This document shows, one piece after another, positions 36,301 to 49,400 of a stretch of DNA of 64,000 bases. Each line of letters begins with the position of its first letter. Within the stretch, counting starts at the first letter, position 1. Origin of the DNA: Tubulanus polymorphus (taxonomy: Eukaryota > Animalia > Nemertea). Where the stretch lies: contig NC_134025.1 of assembly GCF_964204645.1 (NCBI RefSeq), positions 26,020,299-26,084,298 on the forward strand, written 5' to 3'. The translations under genes were made by a program, and so were the position numbers. The notes under the pieces were generated by a model. The model was given only the letters and a program-made list of their open reading frames with translations. It did not search any database and was not told where the DNA came from.

Positions 36301-39196
36301 TATCGACTAGATCGACTCGAGCGCTGTGATCCATTAGCGTCTGCACCACATCAGTATGACCCATTTCACACGCTCGAAACAATGGCGTATGTTTCAGTAG
36401 ATCGGTACTGTCTATTTGTGCTCCGTTATCGAGTAGAAGTTTCACGGTTGATGCGTGACCGGACAATGCAGCGGCGTGAAGAGCTGAATAGATATATTAG
36501 AAAATGATGCAGTCATTTAAATTCTTAATCGAATGAATATTGCATGAATTGGAAAAGTTAACAATTGCATTAACAGTTTAATCAAGGTGTTTCAATCAAG
36601 CTAACTATGGTTATCTTCTATTCTAAATCATAGAGAATGATCACCAGGGACTGTATTAACCATCAGGTGAGTTAACCCCCTGATAAGTTGGGTGAAATCT
36701 CACAATTTTCATTAATTCATTGTAGGATTCTTGCAGAATTCTAAACTAGTCTCTTCGACATACATTAATAATACCAGTAGTGTACATTTGCCCTCACCTG
36801 AAGCACCATTTTTGTCAACATTTTTTATATCTACTTTCTCAGTATACTTCATCCACACTGTTAACACTTTATCGGCACCTTTACTACACGCCCACATGAA
36901 AGCTGTTCTTCCATCTACATCAGGCTCATCGACTATTTTATCACTTTTGAGGAAGATCTCTGCAGTTTCCTACAACAGAAATTTGCATTATTTACATCGA
37001 ATTTAACAGACAACCTAATTGTTATACTGCCGACATAAGTGCAGTGTAAAATAGCTAGAGAATTTTACTAAAATAGAGACAAGAAAACCATTCTATTTCA
37101 AAAGCTCAGATGATGTCTTAAGGAAAACAAAGATTTAAGGAAACTTACAGCATAATTGTTCTGCGCCGCATAATGTAAAGCAGTAGCACCATTTGAATCA
37201 GAACTTGCATAGTCAGCACCTCTTGCTAGTAACATCGCAACCACACTTGTATGCCCTATGTATAGATTTAAAAAGGAGACATGAAAATATTTCACAAAAT
37301 TCTAACGACTAGGAAATTGATATCACCAAGTTTACAAACCTAACACAGCAGCCCAGTGAAGGGGTGTACGAAACATGTTGTCTAATGCAGAAACATTACA
37401 TTTCGGAGTCAAGGTCTAAAAATTAAAAATCGTAATTCTTGAAATGGAGACTACTTTCAAGAGTTTAAGGGCAGAAACTAAGATTTCCATATCATAACTC
37501 ACTAAAACATCAACAATGGCTTCGCTTCCTTCAGCAACTGCTAAATGTAATGCTGTTCTACCTTCGTAATCTTGCCAATTTATTACACTCGGAGCAACTT
37601 CCTACATAGAAAGAAAACAAATTCAGTAAGTCGAGATATTAAAGTGTATATTCATGACAGGGTTTGCACAGCTCTCACATAAAAATTAATGACTATTTAA
37701 CACAAATATCACTTTTCATGTCTGTACACAACCTCGTTGAAAAACTTACAAGTAATAATTTTACGCAATTAACAGCCTGGTGGTCATGGCAACTCGCCGC
37801 CCAGTGAAGAGGCGTTTTTCCTTCTGTATCCGGAATTCCGATATTAGAATCTTGTTTTAGCAGCATTCTCATATGATCTAAATTCCCATACGATGCACTC
37901 CAGTGTAAAGCAGTCCTCTAGATAAATGAAGTATCCAGTTTAGTGTTCTAGTATCATCATTTTTGCATCGTTTACAGGACAACTTACTTTCATATTGTCT
38001 TGATCATCTACTTCTCCGGGCATAACGTACTTCAGCAAAAGGGCTAAACATTTTGAAGCCTTGTGTCTTGTACATAATTGCAAAGCAGTTTGACCTTCAA
38101 GATCTTTTTCTTTCCATTCAGAACCTTTTGATAGCAACAACTTCATCAGCCGATGGTTACCCTGTTTAAATAATAATTAAATGATATATTTCATACATTT
38201 TTTCAGTTAACTTCTCAACAACAAATACCTTTGGTTCTGGGCAAACCATTAGCAATGGATAGGTATAAACTGTGAGCATCACGCCACCTTATTGTTCATT
38301 CTATTTTTCTAACATACACAATATAGGCCTACTCATTAAGCAAAATTCACCTTATGAGCCGCCCAATGTAAAGCAGTTCGTCCTCCTTTATCAGTTTTAT
38401 CTATGAAACAGCCAGCTTTGATGAGAATTTCCGCACATTCTAATCGATCAGCCAGAACACAGTACATCAGAGGTGTTCGACGAAACTGATCTCCAATATC
38501 AATTTCTCTTGGATGGCCTGTCAATTGCACAACAGTAGACATAACGGTAAACACATTTGTTTGGAATGAATGAGGGGTGAAGACAACATAGTCAAATAAT
38601 GAATTCACAAGATAGTGTGTGTTGGTAGTGTTTGAAAATCTGAAAACTACCTCCAGAAAGATAAGCATCAAAGTATTTTCAAGAATGTACATTTCTTGGC
38701 TTTAAGCTGTAGCAGTTCTGAGACAGAAAAAACTTACTGATTATGAATTTTCCGAGTGTATTTTTATCCCCATTCACAGCAGCTGCGTGTAACTGCGTAA
38801 TGAACTGATTTGCCAGCTTTGTTTTTGACATATTCAAAGCAGCTTCGCTGTCCATCTGAAAATACATATCAGCTATAATGTATCCTGTGAGACATACTTT
38901 GCCGTTTTCTAAAACGCTGGGATGTGTCAACCTTTGAAAGTCAGGGTCAAAGTATCTTAGATTTAGGGTCGAGAATCTGAATTCCATAGGCTTACTACTG
39001 TATTGATCATCATTATTCATGTAAGGTTGGTTAGGATTAGGGATAAGGGTTAGGTCGAAATAGTGATCATTTGCCGATGATTTGGATTGTATCCGCGTAG
39101 GCTTAATATTGGCAAAGCCAAAAGTATTCACTTTTGCATTCAATTCGATTTACTCACTCTACTCAACATTCCTGGACGATGGCCAGCAGTAGCCAT
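33390..39196 (-). CDS. INVS: Inversin (NPHP2): ankyrin-repeat array plus IQ motifs
   Basis: Colinear with vertebrate inversin: QLHAAAVNGDK, DQFRRTPLMYCVLADRLECA, KCLALLLKY..PGEVDDQD, SGHASTVKLLLDNGAQIDSTDLLKHTPLFRACEMGH, RYTPLDYAL and IAAAKVQSYFRGYRVRK..LLMKHEQLRKDAA. Proposed first exon 39158-39196 (MATAGHRPGMLSR). Proposed last exon 33390-33469 (..KHWSYNMMK*). The termini are less certain than the core. Confidence 0.93.
33480..33560. repeat. 41-bp tandem duplication next to the last INVS acceptor
   Basis: AATGATAGATTTATCACATATCTAATTAACAATTAAATAG(C) occurs twice, identical over 40 nt. Confidence 0.95.
34149..34457 (+). mobile_element. Helentron-associated non-autonomous element (HINE/DINE-1-like) in an INVS intron
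   Basis: Starts AACAAG. Subterminal inverted repeats GGTTCTCGGGCT (34169-34180) and AGCCCAAGAACC (34444-34455) match 11/12. It also carries an internal ACCAAAGTTTCATCAAG motif and a GACA/CA microsatellite near the 3' end, the typical HINE layout. Confidence 0.7.
37658..37736. mobile_element. Short degenerate MITE relic in an INVS intron
   Basis: CAGGGTTTGCACAG ... CTGTACACAACCTCG form imperfect TIRs. Confidence 0.35.
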
Positions 39197-39399
39197 TGTT
39201 AACAGTCAGTAGACTCCCTTAGTCTTTTTCACTGATTTAGCGTGTGTAAGCCGTTTTCTGTGTAATGTACCACCAACAGACGTCAGGACCAGTAGTCCCA
39301 GGTGGCTGCCGTTCTTTTGTTTTAACAATTCACATTCAGTGAACAAAAAATTATCGTCAACGACATCGATCCAGATCAGCAATTGTGAATAAGCCAAAG

Positions 39400-40080
39400 T
39401 AACAATTTTGAGTTCGCCATCTAATAAGGGCCAATTTATCAGTTTTGAAAGAATTTATTTTGGATCATTTTTTTACTTCCTGGTTTTGGTTGTCAACGGG
39501 GTTAAATCTCATACGCGAAAGGAACATTCTAGAAAACACGGAAATGAAATAATGCGTTAAACCACGGACACGGATTATCAACAACTATCGCACGATTTCG
39601 GGCGGGCCGGGGATCAATAACCACCTCATCACACGTGAAGATTTTATTTTCTACCTGCTACAATTACGATACGATTAAGAAATTTGTCCGGATAACTTAT
39701 GTAAATTGTTGCGCCTGGTCCTTCGTCAAGGAAAGAAAAGATCCATGGGAGCGGCGAACGACTCCGGTCCGCGGACCGGATGGCAATCTTTCCAATCCAG
39801 GAATTTTTATTTGGCCTGACTCTCCAGTTATATATTTTTTCGATATTCACTTCACCCAAGCCATATTCATACCGGTCAAATACTGGCTAAGGTAGGCCTA
39901 AACCGTAACCTAGAAAAATCTTCAAACACTTTAAATAGACTATTCAAACTCGCGAATGACGAGCATGTTGGTGTTTTGCCCATACACGCATATCAGCCCG
40001 ACCGACCGCACAGTGACCAGTGTCTGACCGGCGTATAGACACTATACTCAGTGGCATACGTATATGTTAGAAAAAGGTGA
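39400..40080. promoter_or_regulatory. Divergent (bidirectional) promoter region of INVS and the fucosyltransferase
   Basis: CpG-rich. YY1-like CGCCATCT (~39415), ETS-like ACTTCCTGG (~39476) and GC box GGGCGG (~39600). A + strand donor AAG|GTGAGT at ~40076 pairs with the acceptor ttttcag|G at 41509 just before the FUT ATG. Confidence 0.55.
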
Positions 40081-41519
40081 GTAAATAATGAAATACAATC
40101 GTTTGAATCCAAAACATTAATGTGCACAGGTTGCCGGTTTCGTTAGATTCAACTTAATGAATTCAAACTAAAGATATACAAACTCTCCAACTATTAATGA
40201 ACTGTTCCACGTTAAAACTGTATACATTCATACGTGGAGTTATATCGTGATAAGTTATCGCGATATCGCGATAATCAAAGCGTTTATATCGATCAAGTCT
40301 ACAAACTAGTCAGCAACTGTTGAAGATGAGATTTTATTTGTTGTTTTGCCATTGCAGCTCACAATGATTCTGCTCCGCCGGGGAGCATTTGATAACTCTA
40401 ACCAAATTATAGGTAATCTCCAATGTCATCCGTGATATTGATGATAACTGTAGACTACTTTGATCCTTTCAATCATGGAATTCGTTTTAGGGTCCATGTT
40501 TCAACTTAGGACATTTCAACTACACTAAATGATAAAAACTGGATTCTTGATGGCTACCCCCACATGCATATCATTTAAATATCTATTGAAATATAAAATT
40601 CATTCATTCATATCCTCAGTTGGCTATTGGCCAAGAGGATAACTACAGAAAATGATCAATCGTTATGGAATATCGTTTTTGAATTCAGAAATTATTTCAT
40701 CAAAATCCAGGATGAAAAATGAATGTTTTATATGTTTATTCACATTTAACGATGATCGCGCCGTTAAACGTATTTTCATAAACATATGCGACGACTAAAA
40801 AGGATCGTCTGATTTCTGCGGTTACATTATCGTTGTTCTGATACTGGCTTTTAGTGAATAGTAAATCAGTGAGGCACTGATGATTTTCTGGTGAGTTTCT
40901 GGTCGGTGAGAGCATGGATTCTTCGTTTTTAGAGTCCATGCTCTAAGTAACCGCCATCGTGGTTTTCGTACCAAAAGTTTTGAACTATGATGGACGCGCT
41001 TGTTAGCTTTTCATTGTTCAAACATACGCGATATTGTCAGACTATTTATCAATATACCGTCGGTCAACATGATGGTGGTGTTATTTTACAGAAATCACGT
41101 GTGACGTTTGTATTTTCATACCGCAACGCAGGTATATATAATACATTAAATCGAAATATACGGGCCACATAAAAGTCCAGGTTGTCAATATATATAGTTG
41201 GAAATTACCGGTAAAAATATATATCGGTTATTGAACTCTAAATTTGATTCGCACAATCGGACTGTGACGGCTGTGACAGAAATGTATTGGTATAAAAGAC
41301 AAAAAATATCGTATGTTGCAAACAAAAAGGGATCTGGATTACAAGGGTCGAACTCCATCACACGCTATGTTACAATTATTTTGACACCTGATTTTTCTAA
41401 CCGGATAAAAGTACTTAAAAGAGCAAAAGTCCATAGGCAAATTCACAAGGAATAAGCGAGGAGATATCGTACTTTATTCTTATTCTTGTCATTTCTCTTA
41501 AATTTTCAGGTGCCGGAGT

Positions 41520-42581
41520 ATGCAAGGAAGAATGGGCAAGCGACTCGTTCCATTGTTCACCGTCTTCTCGTTATTTGCCATTATCGGTATGATCGGGTAT
41601 CTACGAATAATTCCCCAACGCCAAGAAGCGTATCGTCTTGAAACATCTGACTTAAATACTGCTGCAGCCAAAACAAACGCCCGTACAGAAATGACAATCG
41701 AAATGAGTGGTAGACTTGGAAACAATATGTTCCAATATGCGGCCCTGCTCGGTATCGCCAAAGCAAGAGGCAATATTCCAGTGGTTCTCAACAAAGGCAA
41801 CGAGTTAAGGGTAATATTTAATTTGTCGGCCAAGTTACTATCGGATAACGAATACAAACACCGAATTGGATATAGTAAAGATAATTACGTAGAGAATTGC
41901 TGCCTCTATAATCCGAATTTAATGAAGAATATTCCGATAAAAGGAAAATTCGTATTAAAAGGATTTTTCCAGAATTGGAAATACTTCCATCCGCATGTGT
42001 CCGAACAGTTACGCCGAGAATTTACATTTCGGAAAGTGATCGTCGACGCCGCAAATTCGTTCATCTCATCATCCAGTGCAGGTTTTAAACGAGAAGTACT
42101 TTATTTTAATAAACAAGCAAATTACGTGAAATCTTTGCGGAAAAGAAAAACGCGTTCAGATAAAGTAACATACGTAGGTGTACATGTTCGTCGTGGGGAT
42201 ATTACTAGCCACTATTACATAGAAGCTGGTATGAGGCAACCGACTATGGATTATTTCAAAAAAGCGATGGCGATAATGGAATCGTTGTATGAAAACGTTT
42301 TTTATTTAGTATGCAGTGATGATTTGGATTGGTGCAGGAACAAATTCGGCCACATGAAAAATGTTGCCTTTTGTCCTGGTAAGGATCGTGTGGTCGACAT
42401 GGCGATACTATCGCATTCAAATCATTCCATCCTGACTGTTGGATCGTTTGGTTTTTGGAGTGCCTTTTTGGCCAATGGAACAACCACATACTTCGGAAGC
42501 GCGCGGGCTCCTGGCTCTAGTGTTGATGTGGTTTTTAGTTACGCCCAATATTTCATGCCGAAATGGATCAAAATTCCATAA
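41520..42581 (+). CDS. Galactoside alpha-1,2-fucosyltransferase (glycosyltransferase family 11), type II membrane protein, single coding exon
   Basis: 353-aa ORF with an N-terminal TM (LVPLFTVFSLFAIIGMIGYL) and GT11 motifs GRLGNNMFQYA, GFFQNWKYF, VGVHVRRGD, VCSDDLDWC and DMAILSHSNHSILTVGSFGFWSAFL. AATAAA at ~42613. Confidence 0.95.
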   Translation: MQGRMGKRLVPLFTVFSLFAIIGMIGYLRIIPQRQEAYRLETSDLNTAAAKTNARTEMTIEMSGRLGNNMFQYAALLGIAKARGNIPVVLNKGNELRVIFNLSAKLLSDNEYKHRIGYSKDNYVENCCLYNPNLMKNIPIKGKFVLKGFFQNWKYFHPHVSEQLRREFTFRKVIVDAANSFISSSSAGFKREVLYFNKQANYVKSLRKRKTRSDKVTYVGVHVRRGDITSHYYIEAGMRQPTMDYFKKAMAIMESLYENVFYLVCSDDLDWCRNKFGHMKNVAFCPGKDRVVDMAILSHSNHSILTVGSFGFWSAFLANGTTTYFGSARAPGSSVDVVFSYAQYFMPKWIKIP

Positions 42582-42952
42582 TCCTCGAATCTCAATATCT
42601 ACTTACGTCCACAATAAATATTTGCTTTACTTGAAATATTTACTATGTATTTGTACATTCTACAATACTAGATGATATATACATTTCGCAGCCAGAATGC
42701 ATGTAATTTATTGCAAATCCAAAGAATGTTAAAGATTTTTCTATTGTTATTCAAAAAGATCTATCGTATTTTGTATATATTTTACATAAGTACTATTTTG
42801 TTAAATTCGGGGACGAATCTATGATGACGAGCATTCTCGATTCGAGGGTAGGGACCTCATAACATACCCAGAGAATTAAAACTTTCAAATATTCGCTAAA
42901 GAAGTGAAACCATAAGGATACAATGCTACATTTTATATTTCATTTAGCGTGA

Positions 42953-43024
42953 TCAAAACCGGGGATCTGAACCGCCGCGTTATTCAGTTAAGAACCGAAT
43001 ACACAGCCGGTTCAAACTTCGAGA
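42953..43024 (-). pseudogene. Decayed tRNA-Asn-like sequence (pseudogene or SINE head)
   Basis: The minus strand ..AACCGGCTGTGTATTCGG TTCTTAA CTGAA TAACGCGGCGGTTCAGATCCCC parallels eukaryotic tRNA-Asn (AATCGGTTAGCGCGTTCGG CTGTTAA CCGAA AGGTTGGTGGTTCGA). The anticodon loop is mutated and the acceptor stem is lost. Confidence 0.45.
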
Positions 43025-46000
43025 AAATGGAACAATTGTTTGTCGTTAATTTCAAGGTTCATGCGTAGAGGAATTCGGAGTATCAAACAATCAGTCCAAT
43101 TATACATATATTTTGATCTGAAACAGGTACCGTTCGGCTATTTTCAATAAATCGCACTTTATGTGCGGCCCGCTGCATACAACTAACCAGTTATTGCTTT
43201 GGCTCAAAATTTAGTGTCACGAATACATCGATTGATTTCTCTGGTACTGGACATAATGACTCAGATATCCGACGTCAGCAAAAGATATTAGATTATTTTA
43301 TGTTCATTGTTGAAAACGACTTGAAGAGACGGGTTGAAATCGATCGGAACATGTAGATGAAATCTATCTTTATAATGGAGATTTGTGTTTCTTATAACCT
43401 AACTATCTGCACTCTTCATGAACTCAGCTTCTACCAAAACGCTGACGTTATTACAGCAATCAATACTGTGACTCAAGACCCTCTGGACGCTAAATTAACG
43501 AAAGGTTTTCTAGAAAAATTATTCCACCTCGGGATAAGTTGGGACCGCTAAAATCGGTCAGAGGTACCGGTAAGCGAACTCCGAGGTTAAGGTAGAACAA
43601 TTAGTTGTCCATGTCCGAGTAAGCTGAGAGTTTACTGTTTTTACCCAATATATTATCAGATTGTTACGGTTCAAAAGAAATACAAAAAAGAACAACTTTG
43701 CTACGGATGAACATTTATTCGTCGTGCCAGAAGTACCAAAAAGTAATCAATAATGGCATAGAGTCTAATTCGTTTTTCGATTCGAATGATTATGTATATA
43801 ACAATTATATTTTGACACTCGATAGGAAAAAATGCAAAAATTTACACAAAATAGTGACATGCAGCAGAAGTGATAAACAAACTTCAATGTGAAGTGAAAA
43901 ACTCCTAATGCGCTTTGAGCTTCAACTTTTTTTCGCTTATTCAACAGTAATAAATCTATCAGATAATCAACAATAAATCAATGGGGCATTCATTAAGTAT
44001 GCACACTGTCCAACGCCAAGGAAAAAAGTATAAATTTCTCATTGAATCTCGGGCTTCTTTCCCATTCATGTCGTATATATAAGATACTGATAGGAACGCT
44101 CAGGAATTGACGATTTTATTTTATTTTTTGTATATTAATCATGAGCCAAGGAAGGGTATGCTAGATTTCAAGAAAATTAAATTAATTTTCTTCATTAGTT
44201 TTTGGATACGTGTATTTCGAATTCATTTACAATGCGTCTATGTAGTTTTCTGGCTGATCAGCTCAATGATCGTTCATTATAGAATACGCCTAACAAACCA
44301 TTACTATAAAATCTAAATCATTTCCATGGATGTAATTAATCAACATTTATTGGCAAAGAGTTGATCGGTTATGCAATATTTTTGATTCAATGTGTGATTC
44401 ACCCGCCAATCCAGAGATCAAATATAATGCTAAGTACATTCACAGATCACACACGTAAATAACATTGAATTTTGCATAGCTAAAATATGGATAAAAAACC
44501 AATAGACTGGGAATCTGAAGCTTGGAACAGCAGACAAAAATTTGATGACCAGAAATGTTCGAAACGAACAGGTTAAGAGTCTAGGTGTAGTAACCAGTTT
44601 CATATTAGTCTGATATTTTAGTGCAGGCAAAATGGCATTTATCACAAAACCGCTCCCTACACCCATATATGTAAGAGGAGAGTTCATAACCAAACAGCAT
44701 CGGAAAAACAACTTTTGGATGAAAACATTATTTCGACAAGTACATCTACTAATGATCTTAGGTGGCTAGAATTATTACATCATTGATATTATCACCGATG
44801 AATACTTACTTACATCTCTATCACAATAAGTTCATGGCAGTTTTTATGCCATCTGTACAATTTTGATTACTATAGTGACAAACCTGGGCAAGTCTTCTCA
44901 GAAACATGAATAGCCTACAAACATTCTATACACATGTGTGTTATATACGATTTTATTTATACATACACGTCAATTCGAAACGAGTGAATTAACAAAATCT
45001 AAAAAAAAAGAAGAAATTACTTCACTTTTTTGGATTCCATCAAAAAAGATCTCTGTTAATAGCAATTGAATTATGACATAAAACCGTTTTATTGCTTTAC
45101 TATAAATACAATGTAACTTTAAAAGTACATGATGAAGTATAAAAACTGCTCTGGACACAACACACAGATCAGTTTATCCGCAAAATATTCAACTGTTTGT
45201 GCACGAGAAATCTTGAATAATTCATCGAATTAAAGCGATTCGTTAACTATAGCGACAATGTGAATAACAAAGAAACAGTCTATCTAAAAATCAATCATTG
45301 TCAACCACACAATACATACAGATTGTCCGATAGCTTGATGCAAAATTTCCACACGATTAATTAAATAATCGATAATCATTGATAATCATTATTCGGTCAT
45401 GATGATTTTGAAAGCGATTTGATGTAAAAACGATTAACATATCATTTCATCAGAACAAAAGCGTTCAACAAAATCATTCCTCACTCTCGACTTTCCATCT
45501 CCAACATTCACTCATTCACTGACATACAACATCCATGCTAGTGAGCCTAATGAAAACTTTCGAAACAATTTGGCAAATAGTAAACATCAATTTTCCCTAA
45601 AAATCACATTAGATAGTTGGCCGCTAAGTGATGCACTGCAGTTTGCTTCAGCCAAAGCCTATATGTAATTTAAGAAATAGCTTATTTTTTACATACTCTC
45701 ATTTGTCCATCCAACATCTATTTGAGCACCACAAACACACGTATGAAATACAATCGTATGATGATCTGGCGATCCAGCACCAAAAACAGCAATTAACACA
45801 ATTAGAGTAGTTTTTATCATCGCAAATTATTATGCACTTTCATAACCAAAGGTGTAAATCAAAACCTACATGTAAGAGTTATGGTGAATGTTAAGTAATT
45901 TGATACTCAATATTATACAAAAGAATGAATAAATCTAAGGTATTTAATCTAAGTCATTTCTGCTGAAGTTGGAGCAAAAAGTGCCATAAACTGAATTGAA

Positions 46001-46420
46001 AATCAATGCCAAAATGCTGAAAATAATGAAATAATAATAATGCTGAAATAAGAGGACGCTAAAACACCCGTAGAATTGGCTCACTTCTAATGTGGTATTT
46101 CATTCAGCAGAGTTTGATGGTACCAGTCACTAATGAGAAAAGGTACTGGTAGTGATTCAAAATTTTCAGGTACATGGTATTATTATATATACGAACAATC
46201 CTATGAAAGCAGATCTGTTACTTTATACAACAACAGTGTAACGTGAGAGTTGATTTGAGATTAATTTGGAACATCATGACAGGTGTACAACCATTGGCTG
46301 AAGCGTGCCAGTGTCTCGGTGTACACCGCGTATAATCCAGGCCGCAGTGAACAGACGTAAGTACAACAACTTATCACAGAAATTTGCTGGTAAAACCTTG
46401 CTGAAACAATGCACGTCCAT

Positions 46421-49400
46421 TCAAGCATGTGAAATAGCATTAACAGATAGAGCGTAAGGATCCAGTAATTGCTTTCTAGTTGGAGAAGGAGACCGCGAAT
46501 GGTTCAAAGTCAAATTCAATGAGTTCCGACTTCCGAAGCGGTCTTTTGGAGGGGTCATGCTGCGATTATTACTGTCCATACTGGCAGAGCGATCTCGCAC
46601 CGCGCCGGGAACTGATAACAGATTATTTTTCGTTTTTGCACGATTCATCTCGTTTATATAGTCTTTCATAAGATGAGCAATTTGTGAGGCCTGAAAAAAG
46701 AAAGTAAATTCGCTAATGACTACAAATTATGCATAGGTACATATACAAATAAACAAATTGTATATAATTCAGTATTCAACTCCAAATTCAGATTTTCAGA
46801 TTTCAGATTCAAATTTTGGGCTGCAAATAGGTCTAGGGTAGATACATGTATATAACAAGTATCAAGACAATCCATTGAAGCGTCATCAAAACTTCGCAAA
46901 ATAAGTGTCATCTGTCTATGATAGGTGGTAGGTGAAAAATGAACACAATAGACCTTTGGGGTAGGCTAAAAACATTATGCTGATATAAAGGCTGAATTAC
47001 CAACCTGATTTGTCATGAATATGAATTTGGTTCCTTTCGCGACGTTTCCTATAATAACTAACAAGCTTTTCATGGAAGGACTGTAGGAGACTATTTCGCT
47101 GTAGTTATAGAATTGAAGAACTTCCTGAAAATAGATGAATAAATAGATTCCTATACATACATCCATAAACTTCATCAGCTGGCTGCACGTATTGTTAAAT
47201 ATCTTTCTTACTTTTCCTTTGACAGCCATCATGTGTATTCCAGTTTTATTCACGAATAACCATAAATCTTTTGGAAGTGAAGACACATGTGATTGCTGAA
47301 AACATATTCGAGTCAACTTTCATATAGATGAATGATTACAGACATGAATCAGTATCAAGATTCGAATCAACGGAACTTGTCAGCCAAGCATATGAAGTAT
47401 TGATCTCACCGTTACTTCATAAACCATAGCCCCATAAAGTGGCCAGTTCCTGAGTACATCCATAGATGCTAAATGGGCCTGAGTAGCATCCATGCCCTTC
47501 AACGCTCCATGCATAGCCATTATATCATTGTCGTGTACAGAATCACGTAATGATCGTGGAAGAATTCTAGTCACCGTGCTGAAATTAAACCAAAAAATCT
47601 GACAAAATTGTTCTAATATAATCCAATGAATTGTGTCAACTCGATTCAATTCAAATATCTCTTACCTGTAGTCGATTTTCCCAGCAGTTTGTGTGTCACC
47701 AAACTCTGATTGAGCTCGCAGGGCACACAGGTGGACCTGAAAATGATGAAAATATCTTATCAAAAATCTGTTGTGGTGCCGGCAATTGTCTTGGTGAATA
47801 AAGATGAACGTACAGCATCTTGAGTTGACAAAGGAACCTTCTCCTCAAATACATCTATCACAGACTGATGGTGAATAAGATCGACTTCAACTTGATCCGC
47901 AGGATTCACAAATGGCTCAATAAAAATTCTTTTCTGAAAATTTGTCATGTAATATTGAGATATGAATTGCACTATAGTCAAAAGAATAAGTTGAAATTAA
48001 ATTTTTTAACTTCTGCAGTTTTCACTGCATTTTAGCAGATAAAAGATGAAAACTGCCAGAAAGAATGCACTCCAAATGTGGAATTGCAAAATATGTTTAA
48101 ATTCAACGTAGAATTTCACAATATGTTTAAATTCAAGCTCATGTTCTATTAATCATTTCAATACACATGTGCTAACCAACAAATTATCATTCTTACCCGG
48201 AATGTAAATTTGAGGTCTTTATTTGATTTGCTCGATCTCGACCATCTCTCCCATTTATACATCGCGTCAACTAAGCTATCATCTAGTAACATGTTGCGTT
48301 CCAACTGGCCGCATACTTCATACAACGCCCAGCCTTTTGCGTCAGACATCATTCCTATTTTCGATTTGACCATCTGAATGACCTCTTCAGCCGTACATGT
48401 TGAATCAAATTCCAGCATGCGATGTTGCCCATCCAAGAAGTGAATCTTTTCGTGGACATATTTTCTGAAAATCATTGACAAAGCCTTCATTCCAGCGAGA
48501 CTTAGTAAGCTAAGGGGCCAGTTTCAGTTGAAAGCTGAAGTTAGTTTGCTCATATGGAAATATAAACTAGATTATAGTTTATATGTCCATGTTCAGCTGG
48601 AATGGAACTTATCACACACCTTTGGATAATGAACGATATTTCTCTGTAAGACGGTGGGAATTTTCTATTTTGTTTTTCCAATGTTTTATTCAGGCACTGA
48701 AAAAATATGCAAGATTATCAAAACCTCGCGATACACATTCATACGGGAACAAATTACCGATCAAATTTTAATTGTACTTACCTTCTGGCAAAAGACAGCA
48801 AATTTGCCCTCTTCAGTTATTCGTTCTATGGCACACTTGCGTAAGTGCGATTGTAAGTAATGTAGGATAGTCTGATTGGTTGGCACAATAACGGCACAGG
48901 CCATTGCCAGCAGCTGCCAATTTCGTACATTCACACGACTATTCGGATCTGAAAACAGATAGATTTGAAATGTCGATTTGAAAAAATTAGAATGAGAGGT
49001 GCATATCAGGAGTATGAAATAACAATTGAGGAAGCAAGACAAAGAAATGCTTGATGACTATTGACAATGACCAAAATAAGATAAAGTTGATGTTATATAT
49101 TACCTGGATGATCTGTAGTTTGTTTAATCAGCTGAAGGTAAAACTCATTGCATATATCTTCAGATTCCAGACATTTGTTCAACAAAACTTGTATTACTCC
49201 AAGGTGGTCGTCACCTTGAAGGTTAGCTATAATAGAAAAACTTACAATTGAAATCTAATATTCCTAATGCAAACCCATTTCCATTTTAAGAGATCTAATG
49301 TTTGATCTAGCATCTTAATCTAACGTTTGCATGATACCGCTGAACCTGCGAACCATTAACTCACAAATTCTATATTCGACACTGTACTTACTGGAATTAT

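Noticed and set aside
41520-42581. Intronless GT11 gene as a horizontal transfer or retrocopy
   Set aside because: It has a eukaryotic type II TM anchor and a 5' UTR intron. Single-exon coding regions are normal for animal alpha-1,2-fucosyltransferases.
43440-43640. pogo/Tigger-like TIR end (CAGTAAACTCTC on the minus strand at ~43637)
   Set aside because: No convincing partner TIR or TA target duplication was found, so it is too degraded to call.
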